64,000 bases of DNA from the human T2T-CHM13v2.0 reference genome, Homo sapiens. The stretch lies in the NCBI RefSeq assembly GCF_009914755.1, contig NC_060929.1. One strand, given 5' to 3'. Of this stretch, positions 1 through 14,416 are shown in pieces (positions within the stretch are counted from its first letter, which is position 1; each line of letters opens with the position of its first letter). The position numbers were made by a program, and so were the translations under genes. Below the pieces are notes generated by a model. The model worked only from the letters and a program-made list of their open reading frames with translations, was not told the origin of the DNA and did not search any database.

Positions 1-349
1 ACAGCTATGAGCACTGCAGGAGACCGCCTCAGGATACTCTTGTTCTCTCCTCTTGCTTTGCTGTTTTTGTTCTCCAAATGACCATCATCGTCAGAAGACA
101 ATTTTGACCACGAAATGTTTGTAGTGAGAATATCAGGCAGGTGTCTGATATTCCATGGTTTACAGTTTATTCCAGGCAGGTTTATGTTTCCATGCTAATA
201 CACGTACAATTTTACAACTACTGTATTAACAGGCATTTACAACACTCGGGAGTATTTCTAAATTTTATATGGATAATTTGGGGGAAAAATTAAGTGTTTT
301 TCATCATACCTACATAGAGAGTGATTTTAAAGCGGTTTTTCTAGTGGAA

Positions 350-630
350 ATGTATATAAATTATATATACACTTTCAGCATATAAATATATATAAATATA
401 CACTGAATATGTTTTTATATACTGAATATATATAAAAACCTATATATCCTGAATATATATATTTACATATTCATTTACTGAATATATATAAAACATATGA
501 ATATATATATTCAGCAGGACATTTGAAGTTTCTATATTTGTAGTAATATTATACTAAGTACAAATCTACATGTTATCTAAATATCTCTATTCCACATATG
601 TGTATATATATATAGATATAGATATATCAC
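350..630. repeat. (TA)n-rich low-complexity tract
   Basis: Degenerate TATATA/ctgaatatatat runs. Confidence 0.75.
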
Positions 631-1419
631 CACTAAAAATATATTGATTGGTATTACTACTTCTGCTTCACACTATTTTTCAGCTAAATGGAGAAGAAAG
701 TTTATTTTAGAGTTGATTAAGTAATTATATTATTTAAGAAATTACTCCGGTTGGATTACACATGGTAAAGAGGCAGTGAGATTGTGTCACCATCCCTCTG
801 CTGTTCAGCCAATCTGTTTATTATTTTATGTCATTTGTTCTCAACCAGCCATCTCAAATTAGTACATGGGACATATAGCACTTTTTGATATATTTTTTAC
901 ACCAGGCAAAAAGTGTCACATGCCAGTGAGTTCAGTAATCTCTTATCAAGTAGTACTCTATGTAGCCACTAGTCTCTTATTGTCTAGTTACACTTCTGAA
1001 AAAACCTTTTTCAGAAAGTGATCTTCCTAAAGTCCCATTCATCCTAGAAAATCAACAACTTCTAACCAGTATATTTAAATCTCTCAGTTCCCATAGAACT
1101 CTCTCTCAGACCCTGTCTTCCCTGGTTTTAACTTTTCTCATTCCATCCCCCCCTCCCACACACAATCCTATGGCCTCCCTTCTCAGTGTAAACCAAACTT
1201 CCCAGAGTCCTTTCACTGCCACCTCCATATGCATGTATTACATCAATCCGCACACCACCACCAAAAGGGAAAGTGGAAAAAAGACGTTCTTAGTCCCCAT
1301 TCCTTTGATTTTCTACATCCCTGGGGCCCTTCCCCACAGATGCAGTGTAATGCAGGGGGAGAACCACAGGCCAACAACCAGACATCTTGCCAGCAAGATG
1401 ATCTGGGTTTTTTAATTCA

Positions 1420-1737
<318 letters not shown>

Positions 1738-4700
1738 TTATTTCCTATTAATCTCTTACTCAAGCTCTTACAAATAATTATCCACATTTCTCTTAGTACC
1801 AATGAGATGATTTATGCCTTTGGCAAAAGAGAAGAGGAAGAGAAGAGAGAAAATGAGCACAAGGCTCATTTCCAGAACCAGCCTTTCCTGCTGCCCTGGC
1901 CAGACCCCATCCACAGGCTGCCCTTTCTCTGGCCCTCTCAACCACAGTCACAAATCGTTCAAAAGTTGACCCTGACAACACTTTTTCCCACTCAATATTT
2001 TTATAATTTTGATATTTAAAAGTATTAAACGAATAGTCAGGTCTGTAAAATTAGGCTTTGTTAGAGCTCATTTTTGTTATGCCACCATTACTCGTAACTG
2101 GATTATGACAAGAATGCACTAGTACCTATTTCTACTCTCCACAATTTTGTTACTCGTCAAGAGAAGTATATAAACTGATATCTAGGTCCAAGAATCCTCA
2201 GTATTTTCACAGGTATATATATTTAATTAAAACCATGACTTTTGTTGTTACAGGTTTGGGTTTCTTTTAGTGATTTAAGCTCTCTAGGCTTCATTTTTTG
2301 TACTTAAAAAAAAAAAAGCCAAGGGAAATACTACTTATGCATAAAACACTTTGAGCTCCCCAGATGAAAGCCCGCATACATAAGTGTGATGCGTATTTAT
2401 TGCCTCTCCTCTGATGAAAAGTGGCAGCCTTCTGCTTAAAATGGGATTACAAATTCTGAGTATAACAGAGAAGAGAGAAGCACAAATGAGTAACAAGCAG
2501 TCAGAATAAATAAAATTGAAAAGATGGAGAGGACTCCTTTTACAAAAGGAACATCAGTTGCGAAACTTGTGGTTTAATTTCGTATGCTTTCCACTTTTAA
2601 AAAGTTGGGCTCAACTGCTTTTATAATGAGCTACAAGCAGAAGGTACATTCAGTAGTACATGAATAAAAAATGACCTTTTCATTTGCTCTTCCGTAGCTT
2701 GGCATTCCTATATTATTAAAATATAATGTATTAAAGATTAAGTAAGCATATTAGCATATAGACATCATGCTTCTGTGGTCATGGATACGAGGACTATCTA
2801 ACATGAGGCTAGAAATCCATCCATGCAAAATTCATATCTTTAATAGTATAGATATCAATTAAAAAGAACACAAAACTTTTCCAACAACTATTATAGTTGA
2901 CTATTCTATTAAGTATGGAAAAGAAAGCAATGAGGAGAGAATCTCTAAAGGAAGTCATAAATAATAATCACCAACAATTGTAGCTGGGAGTGAACTGAAT
3001 TCTACACTATAGGAAACATATTAAATATATAAACTTCCTACTCTAATAAAACTTAACAGTTTTTAAACCTAGGAATTTAAACGCTAAAGCAATTTTCATG
3101 ACTTTTTTGGAGAATAAACCATTCATTAAAAATTTTTCTTGTATTTATTTCATTTCTATGGCTTATTTTTCTGTCTTTTCGACATATAATCCATAAATGT
3201 ACAGAGTATCAGAAGAAGTAACTGCACAAAGAAGTAACTGCAAAAACATAAACAAGATAAAATTATCAGATTTCCAAAGCAGAGAGCTTTCCTTTCACCT
3301 CATTATTATGTAAATAATATGGGTTCATAAAAGAAAATTTGAAGTTCGGCAAAGTGAAAAGAGAGAACAAATAATACTATGAGTATTAGTGCAGTTGCTG
3401 GTCACTTCTTATATATTTACTTTTACTGTTTTCTTTTTGTATTTTTTTCTCACTTTTATCTCATACACTATTATAGTAGAAATACAATATTATATCATGC
3501 TCTTTTCACTTATGTCAAGAAGTAGTTTATACCCAAGCATGTGTTTTTCTTTTTTAAGTTCATTTTTTTTGTCTTGTTAAAACTTCTGTAACTTCTCACA
3601 ATGGAAAGCTGACATTCCTAAATGTACAAAGAGGAGGCACTGTTGAACTCAGAGATTCAGCATTTGTCCTACAGACTGTTCCCAATGGTGAGAAATGACA
3701 GTGGCAGTCTTATTTGGAGTGCTCCAAGAAAAGGAGACACCATAGTGTCTTGGTATCTAAACTTACAGAGAAGCCAATAACTAACCTTGTCAACTATCCA
3801 AGGATTTGGTCTCATATTAGTTACAGGAAAGTCTTGGGTATTTCCAAGTACAGTATAAGATCATAACGATCCAGTAACCTAACCTTAGCGTGGCTTTCAA
3901 AAACCAGAACTGTCAATCTCTCTCTGCTGCAGCTCTCCCACCCTCAGCCTGCTGTAATACCTTTACCATGTAGAGAAACAAGAAACCCAATCTATGAACT
4001 ACTATTCTGAATTCCTCAGATTCACAAGGGAAGTAACATAGAAGTGTATATTGGAAAGGAAGACAGTCCTTCATATATACATTCATTAAAATGAGTAAAA
4101 ATCTTCCTTATGTTTAAAAAATCAAGTAAGACAGAAATCATATAAAAAGGTAAGCTAAACTGAAAATCCATGGGGAAATGCAAGCTTTTATTTTTAAAAT
4201 GATATCAATACAAAACAGATATTTATAATAGATGTATCTTTCTTGTTTTTTGTTTTCTTGGATGAAAAAAACAACAGTGATTTAAAAAAAATTTGCTTTG
4301 AATAAAATTTATCATCTGCTGATGCATTATTTCTCAATTTCTTTTTCATATTATCTCTTGGAGATAAATGGCAATAACAAAGACACATTAACATGACACT
4401 AAAGAACAGCTTTTTATAGTTTTAATTATTTTTTCCTTTTTGGTAATAAAAATGATGTGGTATGTTTGCATGTGTTATATATTGAGAAGCAATAATACTG
4501 TTTAAATATTCATAATTATGAATATAACTTTCACTCGATATTTTAAAAATGAAATAGCTTCTGACCCCTTAACATTATGGCCCTGTTTATTAATATATAT
4601 TGCAGGCACACCTATATTTATGTCAGTCAATCACTTACTGTACTTTTTATTCTATTCTGAGTTATTCTGCATAAAGATAATTTTCTGAGTCCATCAAGTT

Positions 4701-5244
4701 TCACTTTCTGAGAAATAATTTCACAATTTGTAATGTAGATAATGAGCAGTCATTTTCCCACTTCTCTTGGGATTTGAGCTCATTTCAGTCTGTGAAATAA
4801 AAACTGAAGAAAAGAAACTAAAATCTAAAGTAGGGGAGACCATGATGAGTGGTGAACATGTATATTCATCCCTGCTACAAGCAGGGATGGAGATGCCAAG
4901 GGAGGGTGCTGGCCAGCAGCTTTGCAGAGCCTCTCAATGGCAGCACTTATCCAGGTCACTACAGTCAGGGCCTAGTCTTACCTCTGCACTCCAGAAATGA
5001 TTTTGCTCTTATAGAGAAATTGAGAAGCCTCTCTGGGATAAACTCATGAAAACCAAACTCCTTTATAATGTGACTTTATAATTTTAGAATAAAACATTAT
5101 TGTAATGCAAGCTGAATTGCTAGTCTTGTCAGATTAGTTATTCTCACCCACTCAGAAATTTATAGTACAGAATTTGCCTGATGGGCAGAGTTAGAACTAA
5201 AGGGCTTGGTGATTTTATCTCACAGTTCCTAAGCTAAACAGTTA

Positions 5245-5334
5245 GGACAGCCTTCCTGCAGCTTCCTTCCAGCAGAGGATCTCATCTGGGACGGCCTTCC
5301 TGCAGCTTCCTTCCAGCAGAGGATCTCATCTGGG
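5245..5334. repeat. 44-bp tandem duplication (2 copies)
   Basis: ggac(a/g)gccttcctgcagcttccttccagcagaggatctcatctg x2, one mismatch. Confidence 0.95.
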
Positions 5335-5439
5335 CCACTGCTTTTTAATTTTAGCTTTTTAAATTTAATTTTAATATTAGATATTTTATTTTTTTATTAA
5401 GATAGGCATTACATATAAAAGCTACAACAGTTAAGAGAA

Positions 5440-5900
5440 TGAAAATGAAGTCTACCTTTCTCCCTCTTCTATCCCTAGAAGCTCAGTTTCTTTCCTTGGA
5501 GGCTACCCTATTAGCAATTTCTTAAATGACTTTTCAGAGGCAACGAGTGAATTTGCAAATATATGCCATGTGTGTGTATGTATGTGTGTGTATGTATATG
5601 GGTATGATATGTACATATGTATGTATATATACAATTTGTCTCCCCTTTAATAAGAGCATAGCATACATGCTGTTTTCATGTTTTGCTTCTTAACTTTCCA
5701 TATATAGAAGTTTTAAGTTTTAACATGTACGTAGGACATACAAAGCACATACAGGAAGCATCCTTAAATATTATTTTACACATGTAGGAGTTTAAACAGC
5801 TACAATGGAATTTCTGTGTCAAAAAGTGTACACTTTTTATTTGGAAAGATATTACCAAATTGTTCTCACATTTTATCAGTGGTAAAAACTTGGATTCACA
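5440..5900 (-). mobile_element. Old L1M 3' fragment
   Basis: gtcaaaaagtgtacac...gatattaccaaattgttctc resembles antisense L1M 3' region. Confidence 0.5.
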
Positions 5901-8841
5901 ATCACAACGTGGCAATTAATCCCTTGTACGTTGTGACTATGGAATGATTTACCATGAATTTTTACAGAAGGGAAGACAATTCAAAATTAATAAATTCTGC
6001 TTCTAGTTGCCTTCTTATTCTCAAGGCTAATAATTCAAGGTGTATGATTGATTACAGATCCCTAGAAAATAAGACCATCAGTCACATGGAGTATACTGCT
6101 TGATAGATGAGAAAACAAGAAATGAATTAGGTCCAACATGAAAGAAAACGTTTTGGACTTGGGTTTTAAAAGAGTCTCCTTTCCCAAGTAACCTTGGAGT
6201 TTCCAGGCAAAATTTCTCTCCGCCTAACTCTGAAGCAAGAGTTGATGAGACAAAAAGAAACTGTAAAAAGAGTAAAATAAAACAACCAGGACTATCTGAA
6301 CCGGAAATCCTAAAATTTCCAACAGAGTCACACATAGGAAAGCGATGGTTGTCAACAAAACAAAACAAAACCCCCAAAACTAATGGTACATGAGTACCTG
6401 GGGAAGGAAATGGCTTCATAAGGGAATAGGGGACTATCGAAGGTTAGGTTTATGGAAGGGATTTTCATGGACTCCCCTCCTGATAAGAAATTCTCCAAAA
6501 GCTAAGAAGAAGAAGGAGGGAAGAGTAAGTGGGTAGACCTAGGCTTTCAAATGTCAGAATCCTAACCCAAAATACCTTTACTGGGGACAAAAGAGACATC
6601 ATGACATTGATTATAAAGAAGGTCATGAAATCTAAGAGATTATTCATACTCAGCTAATTTGTACTGTTATTAACCATGGCACTATGTTGGCTTAAAGAAA
6701 GGACATTTAAAATATCCAGAATACAACAACTATTAATATTCATTTCTATAACATATAAACTAAACGCCCACATTAGCATTGTATCTTTTTTGACATAAAA
6801 AGTTTGGGATATGTACTTGTTATGAACTAATACATGTATATAACCTTATTGCCTTTATTGAAAGACTTAAAATGAAAGAATTTATAAAAATTATTATAAT
6901 TTTAATATAAATGACTTCAAACAACTTAGATAATTCTTGAGAACTATAACACTATCTCTTTTATTAACTATTTGTGAATTTTTCTAACTAATGCAGGACA
7001 TGTAAAATAGGTTTCAAGTGTATAATTTGTACCTAAATTTGAGGGCAGAGCCAAAACATTAAAACGTTCTTTTCATAATGTATCATTTTAGAAGGAAAAT
7101 AATTATAATTTTCCTCCATTTTATTATTTTATCTTTTCTATAAACTTACATATTTTCACAAGTTTTTAAAATCAGTTGTTTTTATAATTATAATGTTTAC
7201 CTGAAATGGGATATATTAATTACTCACTTTTATTCTCAATTCTTCGAAATACAATAGATGTGCCTTTACAGTATGAATTTCTGATGTCTATAAAAATATG
7301 AGAAAATTCTATCTGAAATTAAAGTCTTTGAATATTGAAAATGAGCACTAAGCATTTAGATGTAAAAGCTAAATAAAAATTTAAAGCAAAAATACATTCT
7401 ACAAATAAAATTTTTTGAAAATGAACTATTAATTTTCTTCTTATATTTATAATAAAGCAAGGTCACAGTACTATATAAACCTGAATCTACAGTAGTTTTA
7501 AATAAATGTACTGAAAGACATACTCTAGAATGTAGTTTGCTTGTTGAATGAATATTCTAAAGGAAATGTGATGAATGTCATTAATAATTTACACAACATA
7601 GAAGAAAACTTGTTATCGTAACAATATGGGCTTTGTTAATGACCCTAACAGTATATGGTATTATTTGAGACATGTAAAACAGACTTAATATCTACTTCGT
7701 ATTTTTGTTGTTGTTGTTATATGTATACTTCTATCTTCCTTCTGGGCACTATATCATTTTGTTCCGATTAGTAAGCATAGAACCTCACAAATTGGAGGAG
7801 TTCAACAAACACTGAGTAAATAAACAAACAGGCAAAAAACACTCCTAAAGTTAAAAGGAGACAAATTACTACTATAAATAACTAGAAAACAAAAACTTAA
7901 CAGAATAAATATATTTACTAGAAAGTCAGTTTCTATAATCTATGAGCTTGAGGGCCTCTAGATTGTGCGGGCTATTTCTAAGGCTTGAGAGATGTCCTAG
8001 CACTGGATTCACATGGTCATTTGTGTTTGTACATTTTTCATATTTTAACTATAATTAAGACTACTGCACGTTTAGAACCCAACTTTGTATTTGTAGTTTT
8101 TTATATGATTTCTTAAGGGGTGGAGGGCAAGTATAAAAGTGAAAGGCCCAATAAACTTGGATCTGCTCCTACATATTTCCTTATTGTACTGTGCATAGCT
8201 TAATAGGAGAATTGAAACTGATCCAACATTTGGACAAGTAACAAAGGTTTAGTTTACATTCATAAATATTTGTCACTCCCTGTTGAAAAATAAAAATATA
8301 GCCAATTCTAAGTTACAGGCTAAGCACATCATTCTGAAATACATTTTATCATCTAACAAATCGTGTGGTGAGATCTCCATTATGTATCAGCACATATCCT
8401 CAAATTGCAGATTTCTTTTCTGGTCATCATGCTTGGACATTTATTGACAGTTAACAGCTGCTTCACTACTTCACTCTTTTAAACTTAATGTATTGACATT
8501 TCATATTCACTCATACTTTCAGATAGCCTAAAGTATTTGAAAAAATCCAGCTGCTTTAATAGACTATCACTTTTTAGATTCTTTACTTAAAAAAACTTTG
8601 CCTTTTATTGCGTATATGAAATTATCACAAAGTTGTTAATTTTTGCTTATGGATCTAAGATGTTTCATAAAAGTGTACAGTAATTAAAATACACAAATAA
8701 CACTGATTTTCAGTTAAATATTTTGACATACTTATTCTACGGAATATCAAAAGTCACTTCTCAGAAAACCATCATCAAAAACTTTGAGTCAAAGAACTTT
8801 GTTAAAACTAGTCCCCCAAAAAGTACTCTTTATACCCATAA

Positions 8842-9183
<342 letters not shown>

Positions 9184-11963
9184 AATACTCCTAATTTCTA
9201 ACAGACTTTTTCTGACAAGTGTTAGCCCAAAATGAATGTTTACAACCTATAGTGTGCAATGGATGCCTGTAAAATAGCATTTACAATGGAAACACTGACA
9301 CAGTTTAAAACAAAAATGAAGGAAAAAACATCAAACTTGTACAGCAGTGCTAGCTAATGGGGTGATTAGAATACTCCTGGCCTTGGAATTGATGTAAGAA
9401 AACATTTAGAGAACATCTTATTTGGCTGGAAACAAGATCATAAGATAATTCTGTTAAAACAAGTGCTTGAAGTTGTGAGTGTAACACTTTCACACACATA
9501 CACACACAAACATACACACACCCCTCACAGTCTACAGGAAGAAATATTTTGATCCATGAGACATGTTATTTTGGGGGCAGAGCTAGGAGAAATAAGAAAA
9601 ACTACCCAGAGAACATGCCCTAAAATTTACAACTGAATCTTGTCAACTGAAACCATAATATCATTTGTTTTCCCCTCTAAATAAGTGGCACTGTATTGAA
9701 AAGGTGGATATCAAAGATTTAGGAGACTAGCATTTGATTCAACAATTCGGCTTATGGCGAGGCTACTCTAGAATACATATTTTATTTTAAAAATAGGAAC
9801 ATTAAGGATATACTATTTTTAAGTCAAACAACATATGGAATATGAGTGCTATCTATGTGCAATGAAACAATAAGGAACAATCATTTTTGAAGAATAATTT
9901 TGTGTTATCTCTGTTAATGTGTTTTTGTGTATATGCATCAGGCCAACAGTAGGCATAAATAAAAAGTAAGAACTCACAGGAAGAAGTCACAAAGGAAATT
10001 ATACTCATTAAAAAGCATGATTCTATAACCTGCAAGTCAGGAAACCACAGAGGTAAACTTCCTGCTGATCCAGGGAAGAAAGGAAAATTTTCCTTCCCCA
10101 TAGCCTGGTTACAGTTGGTGAAGAAAACGTCTTAACTTTTCTTGGTTTCAAAGGGTGTCATGCCCCACACAGCTGGAGGAAGAAATAAGAGCTGACAACT
10201 CGTTACATATATCTTTCTAATTTCAAAACCTTCCTCATGCAGATGCCTGAAACAAAGTTCTATAGTGCTGATAACGGATTTTTTTTCACTTTATATTCCA
10301 GACTACTAGCTGTAATTATTTTGAAGCTAGACAGCACTCCAGTGGTCAAATAACAAAACTAATCTGTAGAAACAGTCTTACAAAGAGAATTACCTATCTA
10401 AGTTAGTTGGTTGATTCTTCCTCTATTGCTGTCCTAAGTTGTTTCTCTGGACACATGGCATATATTTCAAATTAAAATAATATGCATTAAAACATCATAT
10501 TAAGTAGAAGTATTTCTTCATGTAGCAGATTTGTAAATGAGCCTGTGAATGTTAGAAAAGTCATCAAAAATTAATATGTTCACTCTATCATTCCATTAGA
10601 ACCAATAATGTCCTGCAAAGCCTAATTCTACAAAAGATCCACTAACATGTAATCTTAAGGCTCTGATCAGGTTAATGATGGTTTCCTTCAGGATTGCATT
10701 AATCTACACAAAGTGTGGTAGTCTTTAAAAACCACTGTTAGGTTCAGAGGCATTAACTCTTAAATATATTTTCAACAGTTTTTCACTATTACTAAAAATC
10801 TTATATTTCATACTGGCAAATGCAAAGACCTTTTGATAATACCATGAAGAACTAAATTGCTATAAAATGAAAACCGAAAAATTATACTGTTTTAAGTCCC
10901 CAACAGGGTTTACTTAATAAGGGTATACCTTATCACTACGAATGCTTCAAACCCATCTCACAAGATGCATCTGCTTTTCTTACTGTTGTTTCCATTGCAT
11001 AAATCAAAACAGTACTCATTAGTGTAAACTGATTGGGGTAAACCAAACCTCAATTGCAAGGATCTCAGCATTTCTGAAAACATAGATATAAAGATATCCA
11101 AGTTAATGTCAATTAAAAATACACAGTTTGCTTTGGACAGTTTTTACTAACCCTAGTCCTTATTATCTTGACTAGTGAGATTAAGATAATTTAAGGCTGA
11201 ATAGTTCGAGAGTGCAGCAGAGCATAAAGGCCCTCTAAAATAGAGAGGCCTAAACCCAGAATACCCACTACCATGTAACTACCACTGGGAACTGCAATTT
11301 TAATTTGCAGCAGGATGTTAAAGAAACTCTTTGGTGTAAAAGAGTTTATTTAAGTTCTACAAATCTTTTAAATTCAGGAATTTTGCAGATGAAGCAGATA
11401 AGACATTGCCATAACACTTTCATTTTTAAAACCAAATAAACACAGTTTCTTGATGGAGAAAATGCTATCTCAACTAACTGCAATCCAAAGCACCTTGAGA
11501 TAAAATAAAAGAACAATTTGTGACAACAGTATATGTTCACTGAGATACAAATGGCACTATCAGGTACAGGTTGCATTGCAGCGATGAACTCAGTTGTCAC
11601 ACTGCAATTCTCAAAGTGTAACTCTTGGCTTGGTTGCCAAAATGTGCACTTTAGTATTGTGTTTCAGCAGTAGAAATGTGAGTACTAAGATTTTCATGAC
11701 CCTACTACACTTGACCTTCCAGGTTTAAGGCATTGGAGCATAATCTGTAAACAGTAACTATCTGCTTCAGGCCTCAAGAACAGTTGAAAAATCAAGAGCT
11801 CTATTTGGGTCACATCTCATGTGTAGACTTGAAATTAGAAAGAAAAATTCATGTCATGATTGTGATCTCCAGTTGTGAGGATGACTTCACTGAAGTGCAT
11901 GGATTCCTCTTTGGGCCAATCTCAATCCAGATCTAAGTTGACAACCAACTTAATTCCATGTCA

Positions 11964-12082
11964 ATTCCCTCCCCTGCTGTCCCCTTTCCCACCTCCTTCT
12001 CCTCCTGTTCCTCCTCATCTTCTTTATTCTCCTTCTCTCTTTCTCTTTCTTTTCCCCTCTTAGTCTCTTTCTCTGTTTCCTC
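11964..12082. repeat. CT-rich low-complexity tract
   Basis: Near-pure polypyrimidine run. Confidence 0.8.
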
Positions 12083-12856
12083 ATGTTCAAGTTTTTCAAA
12101 TCCTAAAACAAACTTCCCTTATTCTACTTTATCGTGAAGTGAATACTGCATTTTCCCCTTTCATTCATGAGTAAAGGCCAAATCATTTACACTTGCTATC
12201 CCTGCTTCTACATATTTCACTTACTCATTGGTATGTTATTGGTATGTTATAATCTAGTTTAGAGTACAACTCCAACAAAATTACCTAAATCACAAAATTT
12301 CTTAAATCAAAGGCCTAGCACAGGATCTCATGTGCACAACTTCTGTGGAATCTAATATGCCAAATAATTCCTTCATGAAACTGTCTTCTCTGCAGCATCA
12401 GATTGGTTCTTCCTCTATCTTCCGGATTGTTTCTTAGTTTCCTAACATAAAGCTAGTGATGTTTCCTCAGCACTCTTGAATTGGGTAACCTCATTTACTC
12501 AAAGTGATGGGTACTTCACTTTGCCTGAATGATTTCCAAATGCATTCTGAGCACTGATCTTTGCTCTTATGTTTATGCCAGCAACACTTATCTACATGGA
12601 ATTCAACTGAGATTCCACGTGTCTATCTTCCTCATACTTAACTATACCTAGCTAAAGTTTTAGATAGTTCAGGTAACAGAGTGTAAAGAAGTAAGAAAGA
12701 ATACCCAAAAAGCCCCTTATTAACATCTCAAGCCTTTACAAAATATTGTAAAAATGAAATAGTTATTACCAGAAATTAAAGTGTGAGCAATAGCAAGTCA
12801 GTTAACAGTTACAGGGCACAATCGACAGAAACGTTCCTTAGAAAGTACAGAAAGAA

Positions 12857-13161
<305 letters not shown>

Positions 13162-14155
13162 TCAACCATATCTTGACTTCAACCAATCACAACACTTATT
13201 ATCTCATTCCTCATTAACGCTTTTTCATTAGAACCATTTCAGATGCCTAAAAGAAGGCTAACATACATTTACCTTCTCTGATATGAAATATGTTGTTTTT
13301 AGCAGAAAGATGTCCTATAGTTACACAAATAAAAGGACTAAATCTGAGATGAAAAAGATAAAAGTATATGAGATCATGACCACAAAACGAGTGAAATATA
13401 TATGCTTATTTTTTGATAGCCTTTTAAAATTTACACATATTTTTACCTCAGGATGAAAACTCTTTAGTCCTATGTCTAGTTACAGAAGTCAGAAAGGCTA
13501 TATTTTAACAATATTCTACAGCAATAGTTGGATAAAAGGCACAGTAAAGAGGACAAAATAAAAAATGAAAAACTCTGGCTATACTTCTAAACTGAGTAAC
13601 ACCAAATCTACTGGGAAACATCTCTTAATGGATAAAAATCGGAAAAACAACTCTTGATGGATAAAAATCTGAACCACATTGGTTTTGAAATTTAGCGCTA
13701 AAGTGGGGACAAGGGGTGAAGAGAATACATATTTTAAATATTTATTAACACCCTGCTTAGTTTCTGAAAAGAAACATGACTTGAGTCATGTTTCATTTTA
13801 TTTGTTACTTGAGACACAAGTAAAAAGAAAGAAAATGTTACTCATGAATTTAATTACTGACAATTATAAGGTATTATCTACAAGGACCCAAATTGAAGTA
13901 AAAAACCATAAAAAATATTACACATGAAGAAACGAAAAATAACCAAAACTAAAAAACTAGAGCAAGTAATATAGAAATAAAAATATACAGCAAGTAATTA
14001 ACCTGCTCTATCTGGAAGGCTCATCAGATGAAGATAATAAGACAAACATAACGAGGCTTTACAGTACACTATAAACAAGTTTCCCTGAAAATCCAACATG
14101 TTAAGGTTATTGTCATGGAAAGCACTCAGTGTCATATTTATAAATAAATAAGCAA

Positions 14156-14416
14156 GAGTTCACACAAGATCTATTGTTTAAAAGAGCCTGGCACTTCCTC
14201 CCTCTCTCTCTTGCTCCCTCTCTCACCATGTGATAAACTGGCTCCCTTTCCACCTTCTGCCATGATTGCAAGCTTCCTGTGGCCTCACCGGAAGCCAAGC
14301 AGATGGTGGTGCCATGCTTCTACTGCCTGCAGAACTGTTAGCCAAATAAACCTCTTTTCTTTATATATTACCCAGTCTCAGGTATTCCTATATAGCAATG
14401 CAAACAGACTAACACA
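14156..14416 (+). mobile_element. MaLR LTR (MST-like), 3' half
   Basis: ttctgccatgattgcaagcttcctg...aaataaacctcttttcttt...acccagtctcaggtattcc...actaacaca terminus. Confidence 0.85.

Noticed and set aside
991-1020. Hairpin cacttctgaaaaa...tttttcagaaagtg resembling an intrinsic terminator
   Set aside because: Eukaryotic context and A/T-run-driven stem; too short for a pre-miRNA
3213-3244. 16-bp tandem duplication, and similar tiny ones near 12228, 18259 and 31927
   Set aside because: Ordinary slippage micro-duplications with no added meaning
4842-4930. ATGATGA (C-box-like) followed by a hairpin, possible C/D snoRNA
   Set aside because: No D box (CTGA) at a suitable distance and no terminal stem
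6078-6419. 113-aa minus-strand ORF
   Set aside because: F/L/S-rich composition typical of translated T-rich noncoding DNA; no recognisable homology or exon structure
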